64,000 nt of DNA, from the NCBI GenBank assembly GCA_002189035.1, contig CM007990.1, positions 1,984,001 to 2,048,000 on the forward strand. The letters run 5' to 3'. The number at the start of each line of letters is the position of its first letter. Positions within the stretch are counted from its first letter, which is position 1. The DNA comes from Utricularia gibba (lineage: Eukaryota; Plantae; Magnoliophyta). The notes beneath the pieces were generated by a model. That model made no database searches. It was given only the letters and a program-made list of their open reading frames with translations, and was not told the origin of the DNA. Of the stretch, positions 17,601-32,059 are shown piece by piece. Both the position numbers and the translations under genes were made by a program.

Positions 17601-19063
17601 CCTTTTATTACCTCTCCAATTATATAATTAAACACAAATAAATTTCATAATAATAAATATAATTATTCTAATATAAGTAAAATACATAAATTATATTATA
17701 AGATCTATAACTTATATTATAATTTCATAATAATAAAGATAATTATCCTAATATCAAAAAAAATTAATCACATTTAATTAAAGATTATAATAAAATCCCA
17801 ATTAACACTACTAGTTTTCTTTAGACTTTTTATGCCTATTTTCTAATTGAGTATAACAAGTTTCATTATATTCATCATTTATGAGATGTCAATGAATGTT
17901 ATCTAATGTTTTCATGTATATCATATTTTATAAAGTGTTAAATCAACGAGTTCTTTTATGTTTATTTTTCATTAGAATATTATTTAATTGATGGTAATTG
18001 TGTAATTACATATACACAATTGAATTCATAGCAAATTGATGATTTTTGGATTTTTAAAAGTGATAAAAAATAAACAGCGATAAAACGAATAGACGAGTTT
18101 GAAACCTAGAAAATAATGATTTTGGATCAAGCCTCTATTAAGGAGAATATTACCCCTATGTGTGGATATAAATCTCAAGGATTGAGTTGCTTGTGCAAGT
18201 TATGAAATTATAAAATAGTATTATGCTCATAAACTACCATCACTCATTTTATGAAATTATAAAATTAACCGCGTCACTAGAACAATTTTACCTTATATGA
18301 TAACTTATGTTTCTCTATATTCAATCATAATCCTTTCATTCTCATAGACATATTAGATTAAATATAATTTGATAACAATGTGTAATTGAACTCTTTTCCC
18401 TAAGAATTTGAGATTAATTTATAATTTTCAATTTTTATAGGATTTTACGGTAATAAAGAATACATTAACAAAAAAACATTGCAAAAAAAAAAATTAAAAC
18501 TCAAATCAAATCTCAAAAAATATAGTAAAACAATTATACATGTAGGGATTTGCACAAATAAGACTTTATCTGAAAATCCTTAGCCACATGCATCTACATG
18601 CATATGTTTAATTCTAACATAAAAATAACTATGAAAAGTGAAAGAGAAAATCAATCAGAAAAACATTTATAATAACTAGAGATGAAAGTTGGGCAAGGTT
18701 ATGATTCAAAGGGGTCTCACCAAAAATCAGAGTAGGATCGATTTGAAGCACGATTACATATATTATTATTGACATAGCCATTGCCCTAATATTGGTTGGG
18801 TCGGGTTAGCCCTATTTGGCCCACAGGATTATAATATAGTAAATAAAATATTTTATAAAATATTAAATATTTATATTTATATTTGTTAAATAATCTATAT
18901 AAAATAATTTAAAAATCCTATGTGAATTCTGAATTCGTATAATTTATTCCAAAATAACATAATGCATGTAAAAAGAATTAAAATTATCTGAAACTAAAAA
19001 AAATTATAACATTACATCAAAATATCAATTATTATTTGAATCTTATATGTATGTTTGAACCTC

Positions 19064-20690
19064 TTACATTTCAATATCTTCATTTGTTTCAAATAAACAT
19101 ATAAATTCAAAATATATTATTAAAATAGCTATAAAAATCACAATGAATAAAAAAAATATTACAAATAATTGATTATTGGAAGTGTCGAGTTCCCTCAATT
19201 CATGTAACCAATTACGTGTGTAAATAAAATATTGCACCATATTCAGAAGTAATCTACTTCTATAATTACTCAAAATACAACTTACAATGCTAAAAATAGA
19301 CGATGAAATAATTGTAGTTATTAGATAATCAAACTATCTTTCACCACTACTAATTTTAGAAACAATAATTGTTCTTCTTCTAATATTTTAGAATATTCAC
19401 ATTAGAATCATCATCTTCATTTTTCATATCCAAATATATATCAAGTTCACATTTAACTTTTCTTGAAAACAGTTACTTCATTTTTTTACAACAATTCTAT
19501 AATTGTATATAGAAAAAAGTATACATAATATAAAAACTATTATATTAAATTAAATATAACAATGTAAAAAATGAACGTTCCTCAAGAAATAGCTTAGAAG
19601 AAGACATATTTGATCCTTTTAACTTTGAACATTCTTCTCTATATGAAATGAAATCTTTCAATATATTTACACTAGACTGATCATATAATATCTATAATTA
19701 TTTATAAACATGAAATAATCTTCTCAATGCTATTTTAACTCTATCCACTTTCTCTTTATATGTATAAGGATCAAGTTTTTCATAACATTATCTCAAAAAT
19801 TCCAACTTTGTATTTGGATCAAGTACACATTCAAATATAGAAGTGATAGAATATTTATCTTAATACTTATCAAATTTCTCTTTCATTTCTAATACTATTG
19901 TTTTTATCACTTAATATTTGAAACTTGTAAAAAAATACAAGTTGCAAGTGGGATATTGAGATCCTGATACCAAGTTTGTAATCTCATAAAATGATTCAAA
20001 AGATCATAGATCTTCATTGATGTCTCCCACTCATCCTTCGTTAGATTAATAAGAGAATTACAAATACTGTAGCATGACATATTGATTGCAAAATAATACT
20101 TTAAGGCAATATGTAATATTAAATAAGTAAAATTCTATCTATTAGGTACATCTTACTTTAAGAAAACCCTCACTAAGATCTTCTAAGTGCTCATTCATGA
20201 TATACTTTTCAAATTCTCTCATTCTGTCTTGTGAAGATCTAACATATGTAACACAAGTTGTAATTTTTTTCAAAACAATATCTGTTACTTTCAATCCTTT
20301 CTTAACAATCAAATTCAAGATATTAACACAACACTTTATATGAAAAAAATAACTATCACATAACAACTCATTCTGCATTTGAAACATTTCTTTTAAAATT
20401 CTGCCCATACTATCATTGGATGTAGCATTATCTAATGTAATCGAAAAGATTTTTGAAACTATTCGTCAATCTCTCAGTACTCTAGTTTGCCTACTAATAA
20501 CTCTCCAATATATGGATCATTCAATTCTACAAATGCAATCAATTTAGAGTTTAATTTCAAATTTTCATGAACATAATAAGCAATCACATTTATACATCTT
20601 TCTACAGTAATAATTGTTCGAGTATGTGATGTTAAAGAAATTCTTCCAGAAATAAAGGATAATAAAGATGTCATTCATTCCTTCTCATTA
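19064..20690 (-). mobile_element. hAT transposase remnant
   Basis: ISLTSHTRT...VIAYYVHENLKL..KLIAF; SITLDNATSND; FFHIKCCVNILNLIVKKGL; dimerisation-like CELDIYLD...SNYRSRLL...TRNWL. TIRs not identified. Confidence 0.82.
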
Positions 20691-21759
20691 GTATAGATCT
20701 TCATACAATCAGTTCTTATATTTATTTTTCATTGATATGGGCAGCTAAGCACCAAGTGGTGCTTTAGGAACAAATGAGAGAAGCATATGCTTATTGTTTA
20801 TTAAGTCATACTAATCATATAATTATGCTATTTTCTTAATAAACTAGGATATATACATGAGAAAAAAATAGTAGTATGTTCATCATAAGTTAACTCTACT
20901 TAAAGATAGACCAAAGGTTAAAAGAAGTTAAAGATTTAGCTAAACTTAAACTTATACTGTTTAAATGAATGTTTTTTAGTTGGTGTGGAATAAGAATAGT
21001 GATAAATATGGTATTTTTAGAAATCTCAAAACATTACATTGTTTCTTTTCAGACTTAACTTTGATTTCTTCATTTATTATTTTACTTCATTCTATTGTAG
21101 AACTATATTAGCCTCAAGTTAGACTTAATCTTCATTGTGACAAAAACATAATATATCAAACGTCACAGAACAAATATAATGCTTTTTGTGTTTTAACCTA
21201 ATTCATTATACTTGTATTTTTTTATGATTGATTGTAAATTAAACTTATAAATTTATTTAATATGTAGAATTGCATTTATATGATGTGTGAATTCCTTGTT
21301 TATCAGTTAGATTTTGATTTCTTGTCAAATTGACAAAAAATATTCTAAAAATTGATAAAATACATTTTTTCTTGATAAAAATTAAAATTAATGTAAAGTA
21401 TGTAAAATTAATAACAAAATAGAGCATAAAGGTAGGTATAAATAACTTTAAGCAATGATTAAAAAACATGTTTTGAAAACATACAAAATCAATTATCACT
21501 AATAATAAATGTAGATATAAAATTTTATGTTAATCATATTTGTATTTATTAAAAAAAGAAAACAGTTTTAAAAATTTATATATTTTATTTATTTATATTT
21601 CTTTTATAAAATGAGTATTATTGAAACAAATTATATAAAAAGGTGATTTTTCTAATTTCATTTTGTTAAGATGATTATTTTTCTCTATATATTTGTGGGA
21701 GGGGTCCTTTCTCCCCCTCCAAAAAACTCTAGGGCTCGAGAGGAAGGAGACGAAAATCG

Positions 21760-22611
21760 ATGTCGTCGTCATTGGGACGGCCGTCGTTGGCCTCCGCGGG
21801 AGATTTGCAGGTGGTCTCGGTCTCCGAAAAGAGTGTCTTGTCTCGCCCACCGTTGCCACCTTCTTCATCATCCACTGCGATAGTGGAGTACGCACCCCCT
21901 GCGGCAAATCCTGAGGATGAGGATCTTGAAATTAAGCTCCGGAGGATCATTGATTGCGTTCCAGTTCGCGTCAGCAACACTTCAGGTAGCTCCGCTGGTT
22001 CAGGCTCAGGAGACTTCCACCAGGTATTCACCATGCCCTTGATAGATTTGTCGTCAATTGCTGTTGATTCTCATCATCGGACCATGATAGGATTTTTTTC
22101 CAGGAAATTAAATGTTCGTATAATGTAGCAGGCTAATTAGAATTTTCCCTTGAAAGTAAATCCTCTTTTGAAGACAAAAACATGGGATTGTTTGCTGCTC
22201 AGCAGCACCAGGAATAATGTAGCTGCTGTGTTAGTGAAACTGTGTTTTGGTTGAGCTCTATGACTTGGAGCAGTCTTCATTTTGCAGTTCTTGAGTAGTT
22301 AATTGCCGGCGTTCCGATTGTGTAATATCTCCCTGATTAATGGGTTGCAGTATCGCCAAATGCGAAGGAAAGAACAAGATCGCCTCGCGAGAATGGATGC
22401 AGACTTCCAGAAGAGGAAGGCGATCGCAGAATTCAACCAGAGAAGGGAAGAACGACTGAAAGCTGCTGAGGAGCTCACAGCCAAAAAGCGCATGAAACGC
22501 CAAAAGAAAAAGCAAAGGAAGAAAGCAACGAGAGGGAGTGGGGCAGCTCAGGGAGAGGAGGAGCATCGTCACACGGAACAGTCATCGGAATCCGACGGAT
22601 CAGATGAATGA
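21760..22611 (+). CDS. PRKRIP1: PRKR-interacting protein 1-like (DUF1168), 174 aa. Exons 21760-22023, 22351-22611
   Basis: VPVRVSNTSGSSAGSGSGDFHQ|YRQMRRKEQDRL...KKRMKRQKKK. Phase-0 GT-AG intron 22024-22350. Confidence 0.92.
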
Positions 22612-23033
22612 CTACTTGTCTGTGCGTAGGAGCATAATGTGTTACAAGAGTTGTTCTTCTCAACTTTCGCCAGAGACTGCACATTCTGCCTTCATCTGAA
22701 ACTGGCAAAAGTAGACGGAGATGTGGACGATTTATCAAATTCGCAAGTCATGCACATTCTATCATGTTACGACAAACAATCAGTAAAGCAGCTTCTATTC
22801 CTCATATATGGAGTGGAGAGGGGTTCGCATTCAGTGACATGTGTTATTATATACTTTTCTCTAAATTAATGCCTGTGCATAATGGATGATGACACCACCC
22901 AACAACCATCTACAGCTCTTGCCCAAGGCACCAAGACTTGCATCACTATCGGATCTGATGGATCCGCATTCGCCGATTGCCACACCGTAGGTTGCTGTGG
23001 GGACTAACTTGGTCTCTGCAATGGAAACAATTC

Positions 23034-26000
23034 TCATTTCATAGGCAATGGCTTCCCACGACCCATCGAGAATCCTTTTGTGCCATCCGGCATGCGAGGA
23101 ATGGGAGATGATTTAGCTGCGCTATTCTTTTCGCTGTCCAAAGGTGGGCAACCCAAGATGCTGCTGCTGCTGCCTCCATTCGTATGCTGCTGCTGCCGGC
23201 CACGCGTTTGTCCCTTTTCCTTGCCCTTGCCACCACCGCCTGTTGCAGACTTTCGCCCTTTCTTGTTCTTAGAATTATCCTCAACCTGTCAGTAAAGATG
23301 AGATTAAACCAGGCTTCAGGATCTTTTGATCCCCATCCAGAAAGATCATGTAATGTAGTTAGCGCAGATGATGCCACATATACGACAGTTTTCACCTGAA
23401 GGTCATTACTAGATTCATCAGATTGTGATGGACCTTCACACTGGGTCTCAGCCATACCCCCATTCTTGCTTAAGCTCTGACCATCAGTGTAAACTTTCTT
23501 TGTTCGTGTATGAGTAGGCTTTACCTGAAATGCGTGCATCAACTTCCACAAAGTTATACAAATGACCAAATGTTCATGTCAAGAAGAAACAAATCAGGCA
23601 TACCGTGTGCGAGCACGATGGTTGTTATAATTTTTTTTTTTTACGAGAAAATGATCCTTATCAGGGCAAAAACATCTTGAAATGAATACTTGATGCAGTA
23701 ACGCTTTCCACAACTTACAGCAATTTTAAGAAGTAAACGAACTTTCAGCCCGTTCCTCCAAGTCCCATCATCATTTAGATCTGTAACCTGCAAAATTCCA
23801 GTGTGGTAAATGTCCAAGAACAGGATAAGTGTATCCAAGAATGCAGATGAATAAGAACATGAACATAACATACTGCTTTTTCAGCTGCCTCAGTAGATTC
23901 ATATTCCACAAACGCATGAAGCTGCTTGAAGATGGAAAAGGCAGAAATGTGAAAGAAGTCGCACACATAAAACCACATTACAGGACAAGAGTTAGAAACA
24001 ACCAATATCACAATCCCATGAATTATTGAGGAATTGTATCACATATCAAAAAGGAAATACTAGTTGCCACTGAACTGTCTACCTTTCCACTTAAGTTCAA
24101 TGCATCCCCTTTGCTAGTTTTTAATGCAGATGATGCGCCATTCCAAGTCTGGGGTGGACATGTCCGAATAGACTTTACCCTGGTAGAATATTAACAAATG
24201 AATCCAAGATCTAAACAATTTTTCTTCCATAAAAAACCTGTCAGTTCCATCATCTCTGAAAAATTCACAATCATATACCTCCCCACAGAAGAGAAAATTT
24301 TCATGAGATTCTGATGGGAATGGTCCTCAGGTAGATTTTCTGCAACAACAATTCGCCCCTGCAGAGAATGAGATGCATTGATCAAGGAAAAGTTTATGAT
24401 TCGAAAGATGGCCTTCAAGCCAAAATAATTAACTTCAGAAAAATGCATAAAGGGTGGACAGGTGCAGATTCAAAGCAACACGTTTGTATTGGCCTGATGA
24501 GTAAGAGTACCGTCAAGGGTAAAATAGATGAACTGAATAGGTAAAACCTACTTGCAGCTCTTCCATGTCAGACTCAGTCAAGGGTTGCTGGCGTTTAACC
24601 TTTTTCCCATCTTCGCTAACTACCTGCAGAAAATCATCAAGAAGGCAAAGAAAAAATGTGAATGACGAAAAGAGATTCAGCATGACATCATTTGCATAAA
24701 AGAGAAACCAGTATTTCACTGGAAAAAAATTACCAATTTATTAGAAGCCCTTAGAATACTGGCAAGCTGCGAGTTATCAGTAATGGAATTTTTGATCTTC
24801 TTGAATGCAGCTACCACCGAGATTGGCACTGAAGAAGTATTCAAATAATGTGGAAATTTAAGAAGAAAGAAGTTTCAAAAAAAACAAAAAAACCCTTGAT
24901 TTTAATCCTTGAACAAAAAACCCCACTTCATTTGGTAGCTAAATTGTACATATATGTCACACGAGATTTCTTCGTTCTCAGCCATCTGACTCATCATAAT
25001 GCTAATTACAGAATTAGCACAACAACATGCACATGGAACATATAAGTCGGGTCCTCTGAAACATCTCAATGCTCAACAAAAATGTTAACGCATACAGCCA
25101 AAATATTATTGACGCAACACTAACTACCTGATCCCAAGCATACAAGACTAGTGGCAGCAACAGCTATAAACCACCAGAGGAAAACAAACGCTAATCTATT
25201 TGTGTAAGTAAATCCAGGCTAACGGGAGAAGGGCCAGATAATTGTAATTAGCTGCATGGAAAGATTTTAACAGAAACAAAATATCTGTGCTTTAGTCTCA
25301 GATGAATCAATAAATAAGGTATGATCTAAACAAAAGGCAACACCACAGATGGAAGATTGTAGGTAAGTTATTCTCAGACAGCTAAATCAAAGAAAAAATG
25401 GGAAAATCGTACCAAATCCATCCAGATCGTTGCACATGAATCTAAACAATTGATCAGTCGTAGCAAGATTGATGTCACTGAAATAAAACTCTACCTGAAA
25501 TACACATAGACATACTACATTCAACTTTTGACATCAGATGAAGTTCAACCTAGAAAAATTCCAGAACAAACTATTTTACAATCTCGGCCGATTCAGCCAT
25601 TATAAGAATAGCAGCATTTTAAATAAAAAAAAAATGGTAAGTGGATTGGATTCTAAGAATATCAGATCCAGGATATTTCCAGCCGATGCAATCAGAGAGC
25701 AACATGCAGAAACTCTATCCAGTGCACGATAAGATGTATCGCCACTTCAACTGTCACCAAGCCAACCAGATACGTAATAAAACGCATTGTAGCTGAAAAG
25801 TGCACCTGATTGATCACTTTCTGGTGAGCATCCGACAGCCCATTTCTCAGAGGAATCACGGCGCCGTTTTTAGCATCAGCAGGCTGGCACACAGGGTTCA
25901 TATTGTAACCAAAAAACGGCACCACCTTCTGGGGTAACAGCTATCATACCCATAAAAAGCGGGCATAAGTGGGTGTGCAAAAGCCGGTGGCCTCGCGTAT

Positions 26001-26137
26001 ATAGGCTTAATCAACTGGGCAGGAGGCTGCGGCGGCGGCGCAGAAGAGGAGGATAGGGGAACGAATTCAGGAGCTTCCGCGTTGAGCTTCGACGATGTTG
26101 CCGAGTTTAGGGCATCGGAATCCTGGGGTTGATCCAT
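23034..26137 (-). CDS. LARP6B: La-related protein 6B-like (PAM2, La motif, RRM, LSA), 10 exons: 26137-25806, 25494-25413, 24828-24734, 24623-24552, 24358-24279, 24179-24083, 23921-23874, 23787-23719, 23524-23396, 23285-23034. Exon 1 has a 1-bp frameshift as given
   Basis: PAM2 SKLNAEAPEFVP; La motif QVEFYFSDINLATTD; RRM IVVAENLPEDH and LHAFVEYE; LSA PRMPDGTKGFSMGRGKP. All introns GT-AG with compatible phases, except that exon 1 is 332 bp. Confidence 0.9.
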
Positions 26138-27299
26138 CGATTGCAGCGATAATCAGCAGATTGATTCCCGGTCGGCAGATCGAATCGTAGAATTAGTTGA
26201 ATCGTGGGATCAGTCGTGCGATCTGCAGTTTGATGAACTGAACCGAGTTGGGAAAAATCTTGTTGCGTAGGGCACAGACGTAGCGGCTGACTGTGAGGAA
26301 CAGTACAAAGCGCTTTCTTCGGGTTTCAACACCTTATATAGTGGTGCACTCACTCACTCCATCCTCACCTTTCCCAGTTACATTTTTTCAGCTGCGGATA
26401 CCACAAAAAATTATATGGGATGATTATTTTGCAATTTGAGTTTTTTTTTTATGATGAAATTAAAATTGTATACTGTTTTCTAAATTAATGAAAACACCAA
26501 TAATTTAAGATATTCACTTTAAAAATTAAAAAAAAAATCATACGGTCTTCTAAATCTTGCGGTATACATAATATTAAAGTATAATCGTCAGTCATATGAA
26601 TGTTTTTCAATTATCTTTATGATATTCAAGGAAAACTCTCCTTTCCTGGTCACTCCAGTTGCTTTCTTTTTATGACGCACAAAAAAACATTCAAACCAAA
26701 TGAGGGTGCGGATTGGGTATACAAAAATTCTAAATATGTAATTTATTAATTATTCATCATTTTTACTTAACATATAAAAATGAATTAGACTGCGTCTAAT
26801 GCTATTCGAAAAATTGCATAATTTCCCCAATAACTTTCGAAAATTCGAAGTCAGCACCAACCTTGAAGCCATATAACTTCACGAGTGCCGAATATGATAA
26901 ACATATGTGAAAAAAAATAGGCAATTGAGTCACGTTGGGGTATTGTAAAATAATCTAGTTCTCATTAAATGCTTCCTATAAAAAACTTCGCATTAAATGG
27001 AATTTATTAAATGCTTTTAAGACAAATGCAGCGTGCAGGGTTTGCTGGGAGGCCCACCAGTTGCGAAGCCCATGAGAGGTCTGCAGTCCATACGGTAACC
27101 CTAACGTCCCCCGATTCATGTGTGTCTTCAGTAGGAATAACCGTAACAAAGAAGGTTATGTGTTCGAGTTAATGCATAGTGTTTACGTACTGCATTTGTT
27201 ATTCAGTTAACTCAAGATAAGATGAAAGCATCGCTGTTGAAAAGAAAAGAAATTATAAATCTTTATTAATATTTTTGCATGAATCTATAATCTTAAAAA

Positions 27300-28800
27300 T
27301 TAGACTTCCGATCAATAAGTTGATAAAGTCTCAAAAATAGTTGAAACTGGTTAACCTACCAAGCTTTGATGAAAATATCCATTTACAAAATTTTTATAGG
27401 ACATGTCATTGAAAGAGAAACTCAGCGTAATTTTTCAAACAAGATAATCAAATTACTAATACTTAGTTTGTTCATGGAATATTAGATTAGAAGTATATGT
27501 GTCACTAATATGTCGTCTCACAACATTGGGATAGGTGTTAAGATCAATGAAAATCATGTAACTATGAAACTAAACATTTTAATGTCATTGTCATAGTCAT
27601 TGTTGTTATACTACGATATTCAACTTCTATAGATGAATGAGAAACTATTGCTTGCTTCTTAGCTCTCTACGAAACCAATTGTTCGTTAAAGAATAACGTC
27701 TTTGTAATATTCAACTTCTTTAGTGAGATAACGCCTCAAGTTTGGCATGCTGCTCAATCCATATTACAATATGCTCTTAGTAAAGTACTAAATGAAAGAA
27801 TACATTGAATTCAAAAAACTGAAGGACCCTTGCAAGTAATGAATCATATGTAGAGCTACGTACTAATGAATTTTTCATGGTTTCTACAAGAATTGGCTCA
27901 TATATTATATAGAAAATGTTACATCTAGCCCTGTATAAAACAAATATACCAATTGTTCAACTAGTCAATAAAAGAAAAGTGTCATCAAATAAATAAATGC
28001 AAACTAATAAACATAGGTAACGAGGCTGATGCACTTTTCTAACTTCCACATCTTGTAGAACATCCATGATGAATTTTCATTGATTATCAAAAATTCCATC
28101 TTATGATCGAAATAGATGAAGGCCAATAAAAAAAAATCATCTCACCTATCTTCACTATAAACTTGGTATTCAAAAGACATATTAGTTATGTTATATGGAT
28201 CTAAGATGATTTGTAACCAGTATTTCATCTAAGTATACAAGGAGTAAATTATATCATCTTAATATGGAAGTGAAGAGACATAGATCATTCCTTGATGCAA
28301 CGAAACCAATCAATGATAAATTTGTAGTAAACTTATTCATTACAATGTCATAATGCTTATTTCAACCAATATAAAAACTTCAATAGCTTGCAAGCCTTTA
28401 GAGAGATTGTTCATGCCTATCCCACAAGAATATGCATGTAGACTTCCTCATTTAGAGAACCATGAAGAAAATCGTTATTCATATTGAATTGATTTAGAGA
28501 CAAATAATGATGTGCAACAATAGCTATAAACAAACACTCATTTGTCATTTCATCTTTGACTAAACTCATCAACTGTCAAATGAACCTTATATTTATTGGC
28601 ATATCCATTTGTAATCAACTTGATCGTAAATATACATCAATAATACATGGGTTGCTTTCCTAGTGACATGTCCATAATTTTACAAGTGTCCATTTTGGGA
28701 ACTAAATTCATCTTGTGTTTGAATCCATTGAGGATCCGAAAAATAATTCTTTGGTTGATAAGTATTATCTACTTTTTCAAGGAGAACCAAGTGATTCTTG
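27300..28800 (-). mobile_element. Ty1/Copia RT-RNaseH remnant
   Basis: PKNYFSDPQWIQ..DEF; FLHGSLNEEVYM; YLDEILVT; KKQAIVSHSSIEVEYRS; DIFIKALG. Disrupted reading frames. Confidence 0.82.
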
Positions 28801-30899
28801 TCAACAGAAGGTGCATCAAATACCTGCTGCCAATTGCATTAATTGAGTCTCCAAATTCCTATAAAGTTTCTTTAGTTATTGGTTTTAGACTAAACCAAAT
28901 TTCTATAAGGTTTCTATTTCTAATTCTCAACGTCATGACATTACAATTCAATCTTGTATAAGAATTGGAATCTAATGTTAATAGTTTCCCTTTCTGTTTC
29001 AATTTCCAAATTCCATTCTCAATTGAATTAATTAAGTCTCCAAATTTTTGATAGCTTGTCAATTTTCCAATTCATTTTTCATTGATTTCACCATAAATAT
29101 TTGCATCATTTCTTCTAAAGAATTCCTTTCATTTTCTCTAGTATTATTTTGACATGAAAGATAAAATGATTGGACTTGTTTCTGAAATGGTGAAGCTTTG
29201 TGGGTTCATTGCTACTCATGAATATTAGGTTGTCTCATTGTTAAACACTCTCCTTTGAATGCATTGTTATTATTACTCAAATAGAAGTTATGTGAAGTAT
29301 CTCATTTTCAGCACTAGAATTGAAATACGGAAAAAAGAAGTATAAAGAAGAAAAGAAAAGAAGAACAAAAAAGAACAAAAATGCACAATGACTAATCATA
29401 AGGAACATTCTACCCAATTGTTGAGTTTCATTTGATTAGAACAATAGAGTTGTGTTAAAATCACGAACGTTTGCAGGTGTATATGATAAGTTATTTTGTA
29501 TCACTTATATTTATACTTTTTAAGAATCACTTGGGTCGGATTTGCATACCTTTTATTTCACTTTCCCAATATTTTTAAATAAATTTTATATCTTTTATAT
29601 CACTATGATTTGTTTTAAGAGAAATTATGATTTATGATTTTTCAGGATGATTCGGGCCTATTATTAGCAGGTAAAGGTTTTAACTCATCTTCTTTATAAC
29701 CTAAAATAAGGGAATCAAAATTCAATCATATTTGCATGACTTTTCTAGATTCTCTAGTTTTCCATATAATTTCTAACAAATTTCCTATACCACAACTTTC
29801 ACGAAAAGGAGAAGGGATGGATGAACAATACTCTTTGTTATCAATCATCTACTAGTATTTAAAAAAGAACTTGATCCTTCTAATATTGTAGTGAAAAGGT
29901 GTCATACCTCAGAAGTTAGAACAATACAATAAGCTTTTTAAAAGAAATGTGTGATGAAATAATTTAATTTTTCACTGAATCATACAAGAAATTTAGACCA
30001 AACACAAATTATTACAATAATCATCTCTCAAGTTGGACATCAACAATGGAAAGGCAACACCAAGAATCCAATTGATTCTAGATTTTCATCAATTTCATTA
30101 AGTGTACAACTTAAGAATCTTTTGCTTGCACCAAAATACACAGCTCATCACAAACATGGAAAATTCAAGACCCTAAGGACAATCAAATTCTTCCTATAAC
30201 TCATGAATGGTTGTTGCATAACAAAATATACTATGTATATTTCATAACTTGGCAATTGATGCAATATATATTTGATAATAGTTAAGTTTATCAAGAATCA
30301 ATTTATGTTATAATTTATGTCATTTTCTCTTATTGTTTCGACACTTTCTATCGTTATCCTTTAAAATCTTCAATTAAACGATTTCTCTTCTATTATTTAA
30401 ATTTTTTCCTCTTAAAGTTGGAAGATTTTTAAAGTAGTCATGTTTTTTTTTCTTCTACTTGTCAATATTTCCTAATTCGTGTTGTTTACATTGATGAATA
30501 TTTTTTTGTTTATGAAAATGCATTAGATTTTTTATGAATAATTTTTTTGTTATAAATTTTTGTAATATGTAATACAAATAAATATGCTTAAAATTTGAAA
30601 CTTTATTATATTTTTTATGGCTGAGTGTTTCATTATAACTTTGTGCAATAGGTACTGCAAATGAATTTACAAAGTTGCTGCAATTTTTTATATGGTAATA
30701 ATTCCTATATTTTGTAGTTTTATGTGAATTGTTACAGGTTTTATATTTTTTTGCTTTGTATATGAAAATGCTGATCGATTACGCCTTCTATCACTAATAT
30801 ATATGTTTGGTAAATTGAGTTTTTTTATAAATTATTATAGATTGGTGATTTGATAATATATGTTTGTTATTTTGTAGTATCATTTATCAATGTGTAACA

Positions 30900-32040
30900 A
30901 GAAAAGCGATAGATATAGTGAAGTTGAAATCCAGGACAATAAATCACAAAAGAATAAGATCTACAAGATATTGGATTTATGACTAACAAAGCTATACCAA
31001 TTATAAAGGATTACAAATGTTTTGATTATGTCTTTAAAGTATTTGATGATTTAGTTGATTATACAATAAGTTATAATAACGACAAAAATCCTTTTGAATT
31101 ATATAATTCATGTAACAATGAAGAAGATTATATCAGCACTTTACAAGACTCAGATTATAAGATAGATATTGATAAAAATAGTAAAACAAATTGTCAACTA
31201 CAATGACTTGCAATTATGGTTACAAAGGCACATGCGTAAATTGAGTATCATGAGTTTGAGAATGATACTGATGATGCAAATGCTCATTATTAATGATGAC
31301 GAACCAACATCTTTTAGTAAGGATGATATGGATGAATATTATCAAAATGAAAAGAAGTAACAAAGAAAAAACAATAAATGTACAAATATTGCTAGTGAAA
31401 ATCTTTATCTATACATACAAATGAAGTTTTGATGGAAAAAAGAGACAAAAGTGGTGATAACAAGTATGTATTTCATGTAAAGTGTAATACTATAGGTTGT
31501 TCTTAGTAAGGGAAGATACTAAGAACCTTGGATAAAGATTCATGAGAATTAAAAAAACTGCATTAACACTCAAATAAATATAGGCCTTGGAATATTAATA
31601 AGTTCATTAAATCATCTTAGTTGAGTATAACAAATTTTTGAAATATAATGAAATATAGGCTCTTGGCATTGAAATTTCAATGGATCAAATTTATTGAGCC
31701 AGAAAGATTGCATAGAATATTATACAAGGTCATGATGTAAAATAATATACATTGCTTCCAAGTTATATTGTAGAGTTCATAAAACAATATCATACTAAGG
31801 TATTATGAGGGAAAAATAGATTTTCTATGATTTATTTATGTTTCAAAGCATGTACAACGATTTATTGTTTTGTAAACTTTTTATTAGAGTTGACGGATGC
31901 TTTTTAAAATGACCTTTCAAAGAATATATATTAGTAGTTATAAGATTATATGCAAATAACAATATTTTTTCAAGTACAATGATGGTTACTGAAGGTAAGA
32001 ATGAGGAGAGCTAGAAATGGTTAAGAGTAGTTGCACGAAG
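30900..32040 (+). mobile_element. Second, highly degraded MULE transposase remnant
   Basis: ~31885-32030 translates as VDGCFLK*PFKEYILVVIRLYANNNIF...EGKNEES*KW, the MULE core motif. Left limit approximate. Confidence 0.65.
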
Positions 32041-32059
32041 ATATGGAAAACATGTTTCA

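Noticed and set aside
29450-30250. Further Gypsy LTR and integrase-like scraps
   Set aside because: Too degraded to assign boundaries or family without a search.
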